Shown piece by piece: positions 45,752-54,903 of a stretch of 64,000 nucleotides of DNA; position 1 is the stretch's first letter; each line of letters begins with the position of its first letter. Below the pieces are notes generated by a model. The model saw only the letters and a program-made list of their open reading frames with translations, did no database searches and had not been told where the DNA came from. The stretch is from assembly GCA_965223705.1 (NCBI GenBank), contig OZ245015.1:2976001-3040000 (forward strand). Direction: 5' to 3'. The translations under genes and the position numbers were made by a program. This DNA is from Myxococcota bacterium (GTDB lineage: Bacteria; Myxococcota_A; UBA9160; UBA6930).

Positions 45752-46245
45752 CGCCAGGCCGGCGATTCGTCGTCGGGCCGCGATTGCTGGATCGGTTCTG
45801 CAATCGGCCACTCACCGTCGAGAATAGTCTGGATACCGCACCGCTGTGCTGTCGCAACCACGATCGGAGCGGCGAGGTTGGCTGTGATGCCTTCTTCGCG
45901 TGCCGTGACGACCACCAACACCGCCGCGTCCGCCGCGCTTTCGATTCCGAGACCGCTCAACCGATCTCGCTTCCATTGCGGTCGATACGTCGGAAAGAAC
46001 AACGTCGGGTCGGTGACGGCGAACGCGAGAGAAGTGTCGTCGAGTGACGCCAGCCACGCGAACGGTGAGCGCGTTCCGTGCTCGACCAGCACGAATCGTC
46101 GCAGTTGCGGGAAGCCGGCGATCTCCGAGATTTCGAGCACGTCCTCGGCGTTGATCGACATTTCCCCACACCGTCGGTGTTTGACGACGATCGGGTTCTG
46201 GTCCGTCACGCCGGATTTGACGACATTCGCGTTCTGGTCCGTCAC
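45724..46245 (-). CDS. fliW: Flagellar assembly factor FliW
   Basis: GFP..RRFVL, FAWLASLD, LAFAVTDP..FFP.Y and TANLAAPIVV. GTG 46245 overlaps the csrA stop. Confidence 0.9.
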   Translation of the reverse strand: MTDQNANVVKSGVTDQNPIVVKHRRCGEMSINAEDVLEISEIAGFPQLRRFVLVEHGTRSPFAWLASLDDTSLAFAVTDPTLFFPTYRPQWKRDRLSGLGIESAADAAVLVVVTAREEGITANLAAPIVVATAQRCGIQTILDGEWPIAEPIQQSRPDDESPAWRQIESKPHK

Positions 46246-46251
46246 GCCGGA
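46180..46251. repeat. 36-bp tandem duplication at the csrA/fliW junction
   Basis: TTTGACGACGATCGGGTTCTGGTCCGTCACGCCGGA is followed by TTTGACGACATTCGCGTTCTGGTCCGTCACGCCGGA (3 mismatches). Confidence 0.92.
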
Positions 46252-46481
46252 GTTCTCCCATCCTCTGTGTCGGCCCAAGCCGCAAAGTCGTCGACATCGG
46301 CCGTGGCCGCGCGCCGGTTGGCGTCCTCGATCGCCGCGAATACCTCTTCGCGGTGAATCGGAATCCGCGTCGGTGCGTCGATACCGATCCGCACTTGGCC
46401 TCCGTTGATCGACAGGACCGTCACGCGGACGTCCGTGCCGATGCGAAGCGTCTCCCCAGTCTTGCGGGTCAAGACGAGCAT
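46242..46481 (-). CDS. csrA: Carbon storage regulator / RNA-binding protein
   Basis: MLVLTRK.GE...IG, QVRIGIDAP...IHREEV and the C-terminal N..AA extension typical of FliW-paired CsrA. Confidence 0.96.
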   Translation of the reverse strand: MLVLTRKTGETLRIGTDVRVTVLSINGGQVRIGIDAPTRIPIHREEVFAAIEDANRRAATADVDDFAAWADTEDGRTPA

Positions 46482-47432
46482 TTAGCGGAGGAACTGCAAG
46501 AGGGTCGGTTGGATGACGCGAGAGGCGGCCTCGAGAGAGGCCTGAAGGGCCGCCTCGTTCGACACCAGTGCCGAGAAGACTTCGGCGGCGTCGGCATCTT
46601 CGAGATCGGAAAGCGTTTCTCGGAGAGTGAGTTCTCGGGTCGCGAGTCGTTCCTGCCACGCCGTCAACTGATTGTCGAGCGCGCCGATCGCCGCCCGTTC
46701 CCCGGACAACTGTTCGATCCCGGTGTCGATGGCATCAAGGCTCGCGCCGATCGCCGTGGTATCGTCGCTCGCGAGTGCCGCGTGGAGATCGGCGAGCGTT
46801 TCAAAGAGGTCGACCCGGCCGGCATCCGGCGAACCATTCCCGTCGGCGTCCCCCATGAAGACTCGTTGCCCATTCGCGGTGGCCTGAACCGTCGTGACTT
46901 CGTCGATCGCCACGGCGATTTCACTCGGGTCGCCGACGAACGACACCGTCGGCTGACTGGACGGGTTGGTCGAAAAACTACCGGCCGCGGAGAACGCGGG
47001 GGTACCGGAAGCGTAGCCAGCAAAGACGTACGCGCCGGACGATCGGCGATTCGCCTCCGCCAAGAGTCCGTCGTGGAGGGCTTCGATCTCAACCGCGATG
47101 AGCCGCCGAGTTCCGGCACTCTGCGTTTCGTTGCCGGCGGCGATCGCGAGCTCCCGGGCTCGAATCAAGATGTTCGACGCCGCGTCTACCGCTCCCTCCG
47201 CCGCACGAACACGACCGCGGGTCACCGTCACGATCTGCTGGAACCGCTCCGCTGCCCGCACACCGTCTCTCAAGAGAAGCGCTTCAGCCGCTCCGGCAGG
47301 ATCGTCCGACGGCCGGTTGATTTTCAGCAGCGTCGAAGCCTGTTCCTGAACCTTTGCCAAACGAGAGCGCTGGCCGTTGAGCGCCGCCAAGGCGTTATTC
47401 ATCAAAATGGTGTCGGTCACGCGAGAAACCAT
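46482..47432 (-). CDS. flgL: Flagellar hook-associated protein 3
   Basis: KINRPSDDPAG, YVFAG and C-terminal ALQASL......TLLQFLR. Confidence 0.93.
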   Translation of the reverse strand: MVSRVTDTILMNNALAALNGQRSRLAKVQEQASTLLKINRPSDDPAGAAEALLLRDGVRAAERFQQIVTVTRGRVRAAEGAVDAASNILIRARELAIAAGNETQSAGTRRLIAVEIEALHDGLLAEANRRSSGAYVFAGYASGTPAFSAAGSFSTNPSSQPTVSFVGDPSEIAVAIDEVTTVQATANGQRVFMGDADGNGSPDAGRVDLFETLADLHAALASDDTTAIGASLDAIDTGIEQLSGERAAIGALDNQLTAWQERLATRELTLRETLSDLEDADAAEVFSALVSNEAALQASLEAASRVIQPTLLQFLR

Positions 47433-47439
47433 GGTCGCC

Positions 47440-48882
47440 TCACAGGAGATTCAGTAGATCGTCGATCATCGATTCGATGGTCCCGATGACCCGAGCGTTC
47501 GCCTCGAAGGAGGCCTGCAACCGGATCAGCCGTGTGACTTCCTCGTCCACGGAAACGCCGGAAACCGCCTCTCTTTGATTTTCGAGAGAAAGCACGAGAC
47601 TCGCTTGTTGTTCGCTGGCCTGAACCATGGTTCGGCTTTGTTGACCGAAGTCGGCCGTGATTCCCGCCAGGTGGTCGAGAATCGATTGCGACGGCCCCGA
47701 CGCCGGGCCCGGAGGATCCCCGACCACAAAGATCGGCTGGTCTTGCGAGCGGAGATTGGCCAGCGCGGCGGCGTTTCGGTTGTCGCCCACACCCGTCGTG
47801 AGACCGGCTGCGATTGCGTCCGTAGAGGCGGCGATCGCCGGGTCGAGAGCGAGGTCCCGCGCGGCGTCCTCGACGACAGCGAGACCTTGAAAGAAATCTC
47901 CGGAAACTCCGTTCAGCCCGACGCCCGCCTGGTGCACGGTATTGACCGTCGTCGCGAGGTTGTACGCCACCGTGTCGAGGGCGCGAATCGCCCCGCCGAC
48001 GAGCGTATCTCTGGCGCGTAGCATTCCGCCGAGCGTTCCGCCCCCGATCTCGGAAGTCACGTCGACGACGGCGCTCCCCTCATCGACGAACACGCGACCG
48101 AGGTGTGGACCGAAGGGGTTCGCCGGATCCGGCTGGGTGATCAACTCCCGAAAATCGGATCCTTCAACCAGCGCGAATCCCGAGGGCAGGATGACGTTGA
48201 GATGCCCGTTCGTACTTCGATAGGTATCGACGTCGATGTGACCCGCAAGATCGCGCAAGAGCAGCTCTTGTCGATCGCGCAGATCGTTCGCCGGGGCGCG
48301 AACCTCAGCGCCGGCGATCTCGATATTGAGCTCATAAATACGCTCGAGAATTCCGTTGATCTCGCCGAGCTCGGTTTCGACCGCTTCATTGATCGCAGTC
48401 TGCTGACTGCGCAACGCCGTGTCCGCCCCGTGAATCGCATCGATCGCCTGGGTCGCGGCGGCGCGCACCGATTCTCGCTCCACAGGGGCGCCTGGGTTGG
48501 GTGCTGCTGCGAGGTCGGCGAAGGCGTCGTAGAGCCTTCCCAGGGCTTCACCCAACTGTTGGCCGCCGCGTTCGTCAAAGACGGACTCGATCAGCGCCAG
48601 CTGCCGCGCTTGCGCATCGGTTGCGCCAGCGCGCGACGACTGCGACCGGAGCTGCTGCTCGATGAACGGATCATGAGCTCGCGTGATACCCGTGGTTTCG
48701 ACGCCGGTTCCGACGATCTGTGTCGCTTCTTTTCTCGGCGAGCGCGTGGAGAGTTCCACTCGCTGCCTCGAATAGCCCGGTGTGTTCGCGTTCGCGATAT
48801 TGTGTCCGACCGTGCGAACTCCTTGCTGGCTCGCCACAAGGCCGCTTCGCGCCGTATCGAGGGCATCGAACAAACTCGCCAT
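47440..48882 (-). CDS. flgK: Flagellar hook-associated protein 1
   Basis: GHNIANANTPGYSRQR, ANDLRDR and SGVSVDEE. Confidence 0.95.
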   Translation of the reverse strand: MASLFDALDTARSGLVASQQGVRTVGHNIANANTPGYSRQRVELSTRSPRKEATQIVGTGVETTGITRAHDPFIEQQLRSQSSRAGATDAQARQLALIESVFDERGGQQLGEALGRLYDAFADLAAAPNPGAPVERESVRAAATQAIDAIHGADTALRSQQTAINEAVETELGEINGILERIYELNIEIAGAEVRAPANDLRDRQELLLRDLAGHIDVDTYRSTNGHLNVILPSGFALVEGSDFRELITQPDPANPFGPHLGRVFVDEGSAVVDVTSEIGGGTLGGMLRARDTLVGGAIRALDTVAYNLATTVNTVHQAGVGLNGVSGDFFQGLAVVEDAARDLALDPAIAASTDAIAAGLTTGVGDNRNAAALANLRSQDQPIFVVGDPPGPASGPSQSILDHLAGITADFGQQSRTMVQASEQQASLVLSLENQREAVSGVSVDEEVTRLIRLQASFEANARVIGTIESMIDDLLNLL

Positions 48883-48902
48883 CTAGTTCCTCTGCTGCGG
48901 GA

Positions 48903-49403
48903 TCACGCGGTCCCTTCGAAAATTCGACCCGACGCGCTGTCGGACGCCGATCTCCCGGAAGCACTGTAGGAGCCGGAATGGACACCGCCTCCGCCCAAGG
49001 CATCGAGCGTCGATCGGACGCCGGCGAGCCCTCGCTCTGCGAGACTCGCGTTCGCCTCGCCGCTTTCTTTTACGGACAAGACGAGGGCGCGGAGCGTCTC
49101 CCGCACGGAGAGAAGCTCGCGACCGGATGCTCCCAAAGCCTGTGCGAGTTCGCCGAGATTGGGCTGCCACTCTTCCGAAAAGGACAACTCGCGCGAGATT
49201 TCACGGGTCACGCGCGCCCTCGCCTGCTCGAGCAGTGAGAGTTCGCGGATGCGCAGATCTTTTTCCCTCGTCGCTCGCTCGACCTCTGGCGCGTCAAGCG
49301 CGATGAGAGCCTGCCGCTCAGCCGCGAGCAGCTCGCGTACCTCGAGGTAGAGCTCTTCTTCACGTCGCAGGACATCGACGAGGGACTTCACCTTTGCGTT
49401 CAC
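48903..49403 (-). CDS. flgN: Flagellar export chaperone
   Basis: L..EEELY..L....ERQAL...N..L...L helical pattern, upstream of flgK. GTG 49403 overlaps the upstream stop. Confidence 0.8.
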   Translation of the reverse strand: MNAKVKSLVDVLRREEELYLEVRELLAAERQALIALDAPEVERATREKDLRIRELSLLEQARARVTREISRELSFSEEWQPNLGELAQALGASGRELLSVRETLRALVLSVKESGEANASLAERGLAGVRSTLDALGGGGVHSGSYSASGRSASDSASGRIFEGTA

Positions 49404-49672
49404 GACGTCCCGTCCGGCGGCAATTGACGCTGGAGGGCTTGGCGAATGCCGGCTCCTCGGGCGGCCGCCCGCGACGCGACTTCTTCGACGAACAACGAGT
49501 GGTAGAGCTTCGTCGCGCTCCCGCCACCGAGCGGCTCCGGCGAGAGGATGCCCGGCTCGAGCGCCGTCGAGAAAGCCTGTTGCCACAGCCACGCGGCGAC
49601 CGCCTCCGCGGCTTCCGCGGAACTCGCGTGGTGGGCGTTCTCCGCGCGGAGCGCGTCAACTCGGAGGTTCAC
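49400..49672 (-). CDS. Short FlgJ-like rod-capping protein (no muramidase domain)
   Basis: Follows flgI. GGSATKLYHSLF.EEVA...A..GAGI..AL.RQL resembles the rod-binding domain. Confidence 0.65.
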   Translation of the reverse strand: MNLRVDALRAENAHHASSAEAAEAVAAWLWQQAFSTALEPGILSPEPLGGGSATKLYHSLFVEEVASRAAARGAGIRQALQRQLPPDGTS

Positions 49673-50788
49673 TCAGATCACCTCCAATTCGGCGGACAGT
49701 GCGCCTGCGGCCTTGATCGCTTGCAAGATGGCGATCAAGTCGCGAGGGGTGACGCCCAAGGCGTTGAGCCCCCGAACCAGTTCGTCGATGGTGATGGGCT
49801 CGTCGACGACCGAGAGAAACGCCTCTTCCTCTTCCGCGGTGACGACTTCGTTCGTCACGCCAACGGTCTCTCCTCGAGACAACGGCGCCGGCTGCGACAC
49901 GTCGTTTTCGGCTGCGATCGTGACGGACAGGTTGCCGTGGGCTACCGCGACGCGCTCGAGCCGCACGTTCGCTCCCATCACGATGGTTCCCGTTCGCTCG
50001 TTCACCACGACGCGAGCGACGCGATCCGGGTCGATCTCGACTTCCTCGATGGAAGCCATGAACGTGACCTCGTCGCCGGCAAATTGCTCCGGGATGCGAA
50101 CCCGGACGGTCGCCGGATCCGGCGCATGCGCCACGGGTTGTCCGAGTTTCTCGTTGATCGACTCCGCCATTCGCTTCGCCGTCGTGAAATCCGCGTGCGA
50201 CAGCGCGAGGTCGAAGGCCGGCTTGCCGACCAACGTGTACGGGAGCTCCCTTTCGACCGTGGCGCCGTTTGCCAACCGACCGACAGTCGGGTGGTTTTTT
50301 TGAACGGATGACCCCGCGCCGCCCCCCGCGGAAAAACCACCCACCGAGAGCGGCCCCTGTGCGAGGGCGTATACCTCCCCGTCAGCGCCGTAGAGCGGAG
50401 TCAACAAGAGGGTTCCACCCTCGAGACTGGTCGCATCCCCGGCGGAGGAGATCGTCGCGTCGAGCCTCGCACCCGTCCGAGCGAACGGAGGCAAGACCGC
50501 CGTCACCATGACTGCGGCGACGTTCTTGACGCTGATCGCGTCCGCGTCGACCCCGATACCGAGTCTCGTCAACATGCTCGAGAGAGACTGAACGGTGAAC
50601 TCTGTCCCCTGGCGATCCCCGGTGCCGTTGAGTCCCACGACGAGGCCGTAGCCGATCAGCTGGTTGCCTCGGACCCCCTTCGCCGCGGCGATATCCTTCA
50701 CGCGAACCGAGGCCGCCGGTGTTGACACGAGCACTGTGGCTCCCGCGATTACGGCTATTGCCGTCCGGGCTAGAACGGATAGATCCAT
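49673..50788 (-). CDS. flgI: Flagellar P-ring protein
   Basis: RVKDI, NQLIGYGLVVGLNGTGD, KNVAAVMVTA, NERTGTIVMG and QAIKAAGAL. Confidence 0.97.
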   Translation of the reverse strand: MDLSVLARTAIAVIAGATVLVSTPAASVRVKDIAAAKGVRGNQLIGYGLVVGLNGTGDRQGTEFTVQSLSSMLTRLGIGVDADAISVKNVAAVMVTAVLPPFARTGARLDATISSAGDATSLEGGTLLLTPLYGADGEVYALAQGPLSVGGFSAGGGAGSSVQKNHPTVGRLANGATVERELPYTLVGKPAFDLALSHADFTTAKRMAESINEKLGQPVAHAPDPATVRVRIPEQFAGDEVTFMASIEEVEIDPDRVARVVVNERTGTIVMGANVRLERVAVAHGNLSVTIAAENDVSQPAPLSRGETVGVTNEVVTAEEEEAFLSVVDEPITIDELVRGLNALGVTPRDLIAILQAIKAAGALSAELEVI

Positions 50789-51525
50789 TGCATCACTCTC
50801 GACATGATCGGGGGCCGCTGCTTATCGTCGATCACTCCGACCCCGTCATAGACGAGGCGTGCTTCGGCGAGCGCGGTCGACGGAACCGTGTTGTTGATCC
50901 CGATATCTTCCTTGCGAACCAGTCCTTCGACGGTCAGGACCTGAAGTTCGTGGTTTACGGCGATGGTCCGCTTGCCCCGAATGTGAAAGACGTCCCCCGG
51001 CAGTTCCGCGACGACGCGACACGTCACGACCGCTTGGAAGCTTCCTTCTCGGCTCGTGGTTCCGTCGCCGTCGTAGTCATTCGTGGACGATGACGTGACG
51101 GCGTTCACCGTGTCTCCGGGTGCCGACTCGATTCCACCGTCGATTCCGATGACGTCGAGAAGCTTCTCCGCACCCTTCTCGACGATCCCCGCCAAACCGA
51201 TATCCGAGCTCAGCGAACCGCCCATACTCGACGCTTTCGACAGCGAGGTCTCCGCGGAGCCCTCAGCCGAAATACTCTCCACCACCAACACCGTCACCAG
51301 GTCGCCGAGGCCGTGTGCTTTGCTGTCGTAGAAGAGGAACGACCCCGAAGCCGTCTTGCCTCGCCAGATCGCGCCTTCATCCGGGGGTGGCTCAATCCGT
51401 TCAGGGATCGGCGCGTAGTCGTGCCCGGCGACGAGCTCGGGGATCGCGTGCTCGACGCATCCGACCCCGAAAAGCGACAGTGCGAGCGCCGCCGCGAGGC
51501 GGATCCACCGGCTAGAAATCGACAC
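50770..51525 (-). CDS. flgH: Flagellar L-ring lipoprotein
   Basis: Lipobox FGVGC, GDLVTVLVVE, G.VR.EDI...NTV.S and a terminal PF. Confidence 0.93.
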   Translation of the reverse strand: MSISSRWIRLAAALALSLFGVGCVEHAIPELVAGHDYAPIPERIEPPPDEGAIWRGKTASGSFLFYDSKAHGLGDLVTVLVVESISAEGSAETSLSKASSMGGSLSSDIGLAGIVEKGAEKLLDVIGIDGGIESAPGDTVNAVTSSSTNDYDGDGTTSREGSFQAVVTCRVVAELPGDVFHIRGKRTIAVNHELQVLTVEGLVRKEDIGINNTVPSTALAEARLVYDGVGVIDDKQRPPIMSRVMQWIYPF

Positions 51526-52216
51526 GGACTAGCCCCGAGCGCTCGACGCGACCGACAACGCGCTTCTTCGAATCGATATTGATGGCTCGAAGGGTCTCCC
51601 CTTCCCCGGCGTCTTCCTCCGCTCGACCGATGGACTCGATCTCGAGATCTCCGCGCGAGAAGACCAGTCGGACGCGCTGTCCGCGCTCGACCACGGGAAC
51701 GATTTCGACCCAGTTCGAACGCAATACCGCATCGCGGGGAATTCTCCGGCGCGCTCGCTTCCCGATCACACTCTCGGGATCCGCTGCCGATCGCAACATC
51801 GATTTCTTCAGGTGCCGGCTCTCGACGCGAAAGTCGTCGAAGCGAACTTCGTCGCCGCGCGATATCTCTCGGATCGCAACAGCAACTTGTCGCGCGCGCC
51901 GGATCGTCGCTTTCACGACAGCGCGTTCCGCGGTTCCCCGCTCCCACTGGAGTACGACCGCCACGGTCTCGCCGCACGGCTCCTCGGCTGCGACCCGGAC
52001 GACGGGTCGGGTGTCCGCCGGAATCCTGCGTGCCAGCCTTGAGACATCCGGAACCTGAATAGCTTCGGACACCACGACACACGCGAGAGATACCTCTCGG
52101 CGGATGCGTTCGGCGAGTTCGCGCGACAGCCGCGGATCACTTCCGATCGACGGAGGCGGCACGAGGAGGATCACCGCGGCGACCGCCCAGCGAAATCGGC
52201 GCAGGGTTCGCATCAT
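51512..52216 (-). CDS. flgA: P-ring formation chaperone
   Basis: Signal peptide, a SAF-like region and VERGQ.V...G.A.EDAGEGE.....N..SK. Confidence 0.85.
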   Translation of the reverse strand: MMRTLRRFRWAVAAVILLVPPPSIGSDPRLSRELAERIRREVSLACVVVSEAIQVPDVSRLARRIPADTRPVVRVAAEEPCGETVAVVLQWERGTAERAVVKATIRRARQVAVAIREISRGDEVRFDDFRVESRHLKKSMLRSAADPESVIGKRARRRIPRDAVLRSNWVEIVPVVERGQRVRLVFSRGDLEIESIGRAEEDAGEGETLRAINIDSKKRVVGRVERSGLVRVDF

Positions 52217-52222
52217 CGATCC

Positions 52223-53005
52223 CTACGAGCCGACCGTGGCGGTGCGCATCATTTCATCGCCCGCCTGGAGCACCCGGGAATTCACCTCGAATGCGCGCTG
52301 CGCGAGGATCATGTGGACCAGTTCCTCCGCCATATTGACATTGGAAGACTCGAGAAAACCCTGTGCGATCGATCCAAAGCCCGTTTGGTCCGGAGTGCCC
52401 GTTTCGGGATCCCCGGAGGCTTCCGTCGGAGCGAACAAGTTTCCGCCCAGCGCTCGGAGACCCGCAGGGTTCGAGAATCGCGCCAGATCGAGCTGCCCCG
52501 CGTTGGTCGGTTGCGTCTGGCCGGCTTCCGTCACGGAGACGGTTCCATCTCGGAGCACGGTCACCTGGACCGCTTCCGCAGGTATCTGGATGTTGGGTTC
52601 GAGCAGATAGCCGAGCGCATTCACTAGATTGCCGTCGCGATCGAGCTGAAACGCACCGTCTCGGGTATAGACCGTGTCTCCATCGGGCCGGGTAATCTGA
52701 AAGAACCCGTCTCCATCGATCGAGAGATCGAGATCCCGTTCAGTGGTGACGCGCTCGCCGTTCGAGAACACCCGGCTGATCGCCGCCAACCGAACGCCGT
52801 GGCCGATTTGCGCGCCCGTCGGCAATGATTGCCCCTCGGCGGTGGCGGCCCCGGGTGCCTGAAGCGTCTCGTAGAAGAGGTCATGAAAGTCAGCGCGCGA
52901 CCGCTTGAACCCGGTGGTTCCGACGTTCGCCAAGTTGTTCGCAACGGTGTCGAGGCGATACTGCTGCGCCTCCATGCCCGTAGCGGCGGTAAAAAGAGCT
53001 TTCAT
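52223..53005 (-). CDS. flgG: Flagellar distal rod protein
   Basis: AATGMEAQQ, ANNLANVGTTGFK, F.DLFY, YTRDGAF and QGFLESSNV. Confidence 0.96.
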   Translation of the reverse strand: MKALFTAATGMEAQQYRLDTVANNLANVGTTGFKRSRADFHDLFYETLQAPGAATAEGQSLPTGAQIGHGVRLAAISRVFSNGERVTTERDLDLSIDGDGFFQITRPDGDTVYTRDGAFQLDRDGNLVNALGYLLEPNIQIPAEAVQVTVLRDGTVSVTEAGQTQPTNAGQLDLARFSNPAGLRALGGNLFAPTEASGDPETGTPDQTGFGSIAQGFLESSNVNMAEELVHMILAQRAFEVNSRVLQAGDEMMRTATVGS

Positions 53006-53742
53006 TGGGAGAACTCCTGTAGCAACCGTGAGAGCGATTCATCCTCTGAACGCAGCACCTGCATCGCGGCCTCGTAGGACCGTTGCAAGATCATCAATGT
53101 GGCGAGCTCTCGAGTCGGATCGACATTGCTGCCTTCCACCGAACCTTCGAGCAGACGTGGTGCTTCGACGGGAAGATCGACGGCGTTGGCCTTGGAGCGA
53201 AACAGAGCGTCACCCGCTTTTTCGAGATCTTGTGGGCTATCGAATTCGACGACCTGCAGTCGGCCGAATACCGCACCGCTGTCACCCACGACCGATCCGT
53301 CGGATTGAATTCGGGGATTTTCCGCGTCGACTGCGATGGGTCCACCGTCACCAAGGACCGGATCTCCCGAAGCCGTCACGAGTTCGCCGAGCGGCGACAC
53401 GACGAATGAACCGGCGCGCGTGTAGCGCACACCCTCATCGGTCCCGATGGCAAAGTACCCCGGCCCATCGATCGCGACGTCGAGGCGGCGGCCTGTGCGA
53501 TTGATCGTTCCGCTCGACGGATCGAAGTGGGTGGCGCCTACGGCACCGAAGACGCGCCCGGTCGCGCCGGGCGTTGGCTCGCCATCCAGGTCGCGGATCG
53601 CGCCTTCGAGGGCGGCGTCGAACACGACGCGGTCGGACTTGAATCCTGTCGTCGCGGCGTTCGCCAGATTGTTCGCGACGATCTCAAGCTGCTTGAGCCG
53701 CGCGGCCGCACCGGCGGTGGAAACGTAAAAGCTGTCGGACAC
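53002..53742 (-). CDS. flgF: Flagellar rod protein
   Basis: ANNLANAATTGFK, TGRRLDVAI.G.GYF, YTRAG and EGSNV. Confidence 0.92.
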   Translation of the reverse strand: MSDSFYVSTAGAAARLKQLEIVANNLANAATTGFKSDRVVFDAALEGAIRDLDGEPTPGATGRVFGAVGATHFDPSSGTINRTGRRLDVAIDGPGYFAIGTDEGVRYTRAGSFVVSPLGELVTASGDPVLGDGGPIAVDAENPRIQSDGSVVGDSGAVFGRLQVVEFDSPQDLEKAGDALFRSKANAVDLPVEAPRLLEGSVEGSNVDPTRELATLMILQRSYEAAMQVLRSEDESLSRLLQEFSQ

Positions 53743-53778
53743 TCATCTACCGCTCGGGGGAGTGGTTGTCGGTGTTTT

Positions 53779-53794
53779 TGCAAGCGCTGTGCCG
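53779..53794 (-). promoter_or_regulatory. Sigma-54 promoter for the flgF operon
   Basis: Minus strand reads CGGCACAGCGCTTGCA, about 35 nt upstream of flgF. Confidence 0.8.
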
Positions 53795-53924
53795 TGTCTG
53801 GGTTCCGGTCGCCGTTGCGCGCGATGCGTTCCACGCCGCTCTACAGGTGGAAACCGCCTCAGTCCTCCGGAACACCCGACAGAATGAAATCCGCAATTCC
53901 TTCCTGAACGTTTTCTCCTCGCGC

Positions 53925-54113
53925 CTAGGCACGAATGTCCAGGTTCTTTCCGCGGTCCTCGTCGGAACTGTCGGGTTTTTCCGCGCTGTCGTCCTTCGAC
54001 TTGCGCTTGTTGCGACGGCCGTCTTTCTGGCGCTCTCTGGGCGGCTGCCCCGGCTTTTCGATTGGGATCGTTGCGGGAGCGGGAGGCGTGGACGGAATGC
54101 GCGTTTCGTTCAT
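53925..54113 (-). CDS. 62-aa charged, probably disordered protein downstream of flhG
   Basis: AGGAG RBS; ATG 54113 overlaps the flhG stop (ATGA). Ends in GKNLDIRA. Confidence 0.6.
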   Translation of the reverse strand: MNETRIPSTPPAPATIPIEKPGQPPRERQKDGRRNKRKSKDDSAEKPDSSDEDRGKNLDIRA

Positions 54114-54903
54114 GACGTCACTCCTTGACGTGCGGGGACGATGGAGTCGTGCCGAGAAACACCGGACGAGTGCTTTGCCCAACGAGCCGCGAGTCGCGTA
54201 ATCGCCCGAGAGGCGGGCGCGTTTGGAAAGCGCGTGACCCACGGGACCTGACACTCTACGGCTTCCGCGACGTGATGATCGAAGGGGACTTCTTGCTCCA
54301 GAGAGATTTCGGTTCCGATAAAGCGCTGCGCCGCCCGCTGCAGCCGAACGGCCACGTCGTGCCCCTGGTAGGCCCCGACGACCTGGTTCACGAGGAGAGA
54401 GGAGCGGAGCGTCGGAGCGTCGCGGTGCACGACTTTGAGCGTTGCATAGACGTCGGTGATGCTCGTTTGCTCCGGCGTCGTGACGAACACGGCCCGCTCG
54501 CAGCAGGAGGCGAGCGCCCGAACGGAGGCGCCGATGCCGCTACCGGCGTCGACGAGAACCAGGTCGAACGTCCAGGAATCGGCGAGAATCGACGCCAACA
54601 GTGCCGACATTTCGGAAACGCGCGCGGCGGCGAGATCGGCGCGACCCGACGCCGCGGGAAGAATGGATAGTCCGGAGGGCCCGGTTATCAGGGCTTCGTC
54701 GACGCGGCACCTGCCGTCGATGATGTCCCCGATGTCCCACCTGGGCACGACACCCAGCAAGACATCGACATTGGCCAAGCCCAAGTCGCCATCGACCAGA
54801 AGAACCCGGCGCCCCAACCCGGCAGCTGCAACGGCGGCGTTCAAGATCAGATTGGTCTTGCCCACACCCCTTTGCCGCCGAGGAATGCGATCTTTTGGCT
54901 CAT
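54110..54903 (-). pseudogene. flhG: FlhG/FleN MinD-like ATPase with a 1-nt frameshift in Walker A
   Basis: ATG 54903 gives MSQKIAFLGGKG; VGKTN...DGDLGLANVD...DAGSGI continues in another frame. One extra G in the G4 run (54867-54870) restores GKGGVGKT. Confidence 0.85.

Noticed and set aside
46180..46251. 36-bp repeats as a possible CRISPR array
   Set aside because: There are only two directly adjacent copies with no spacer, they lie in coding sequence, and no cas genes are present.
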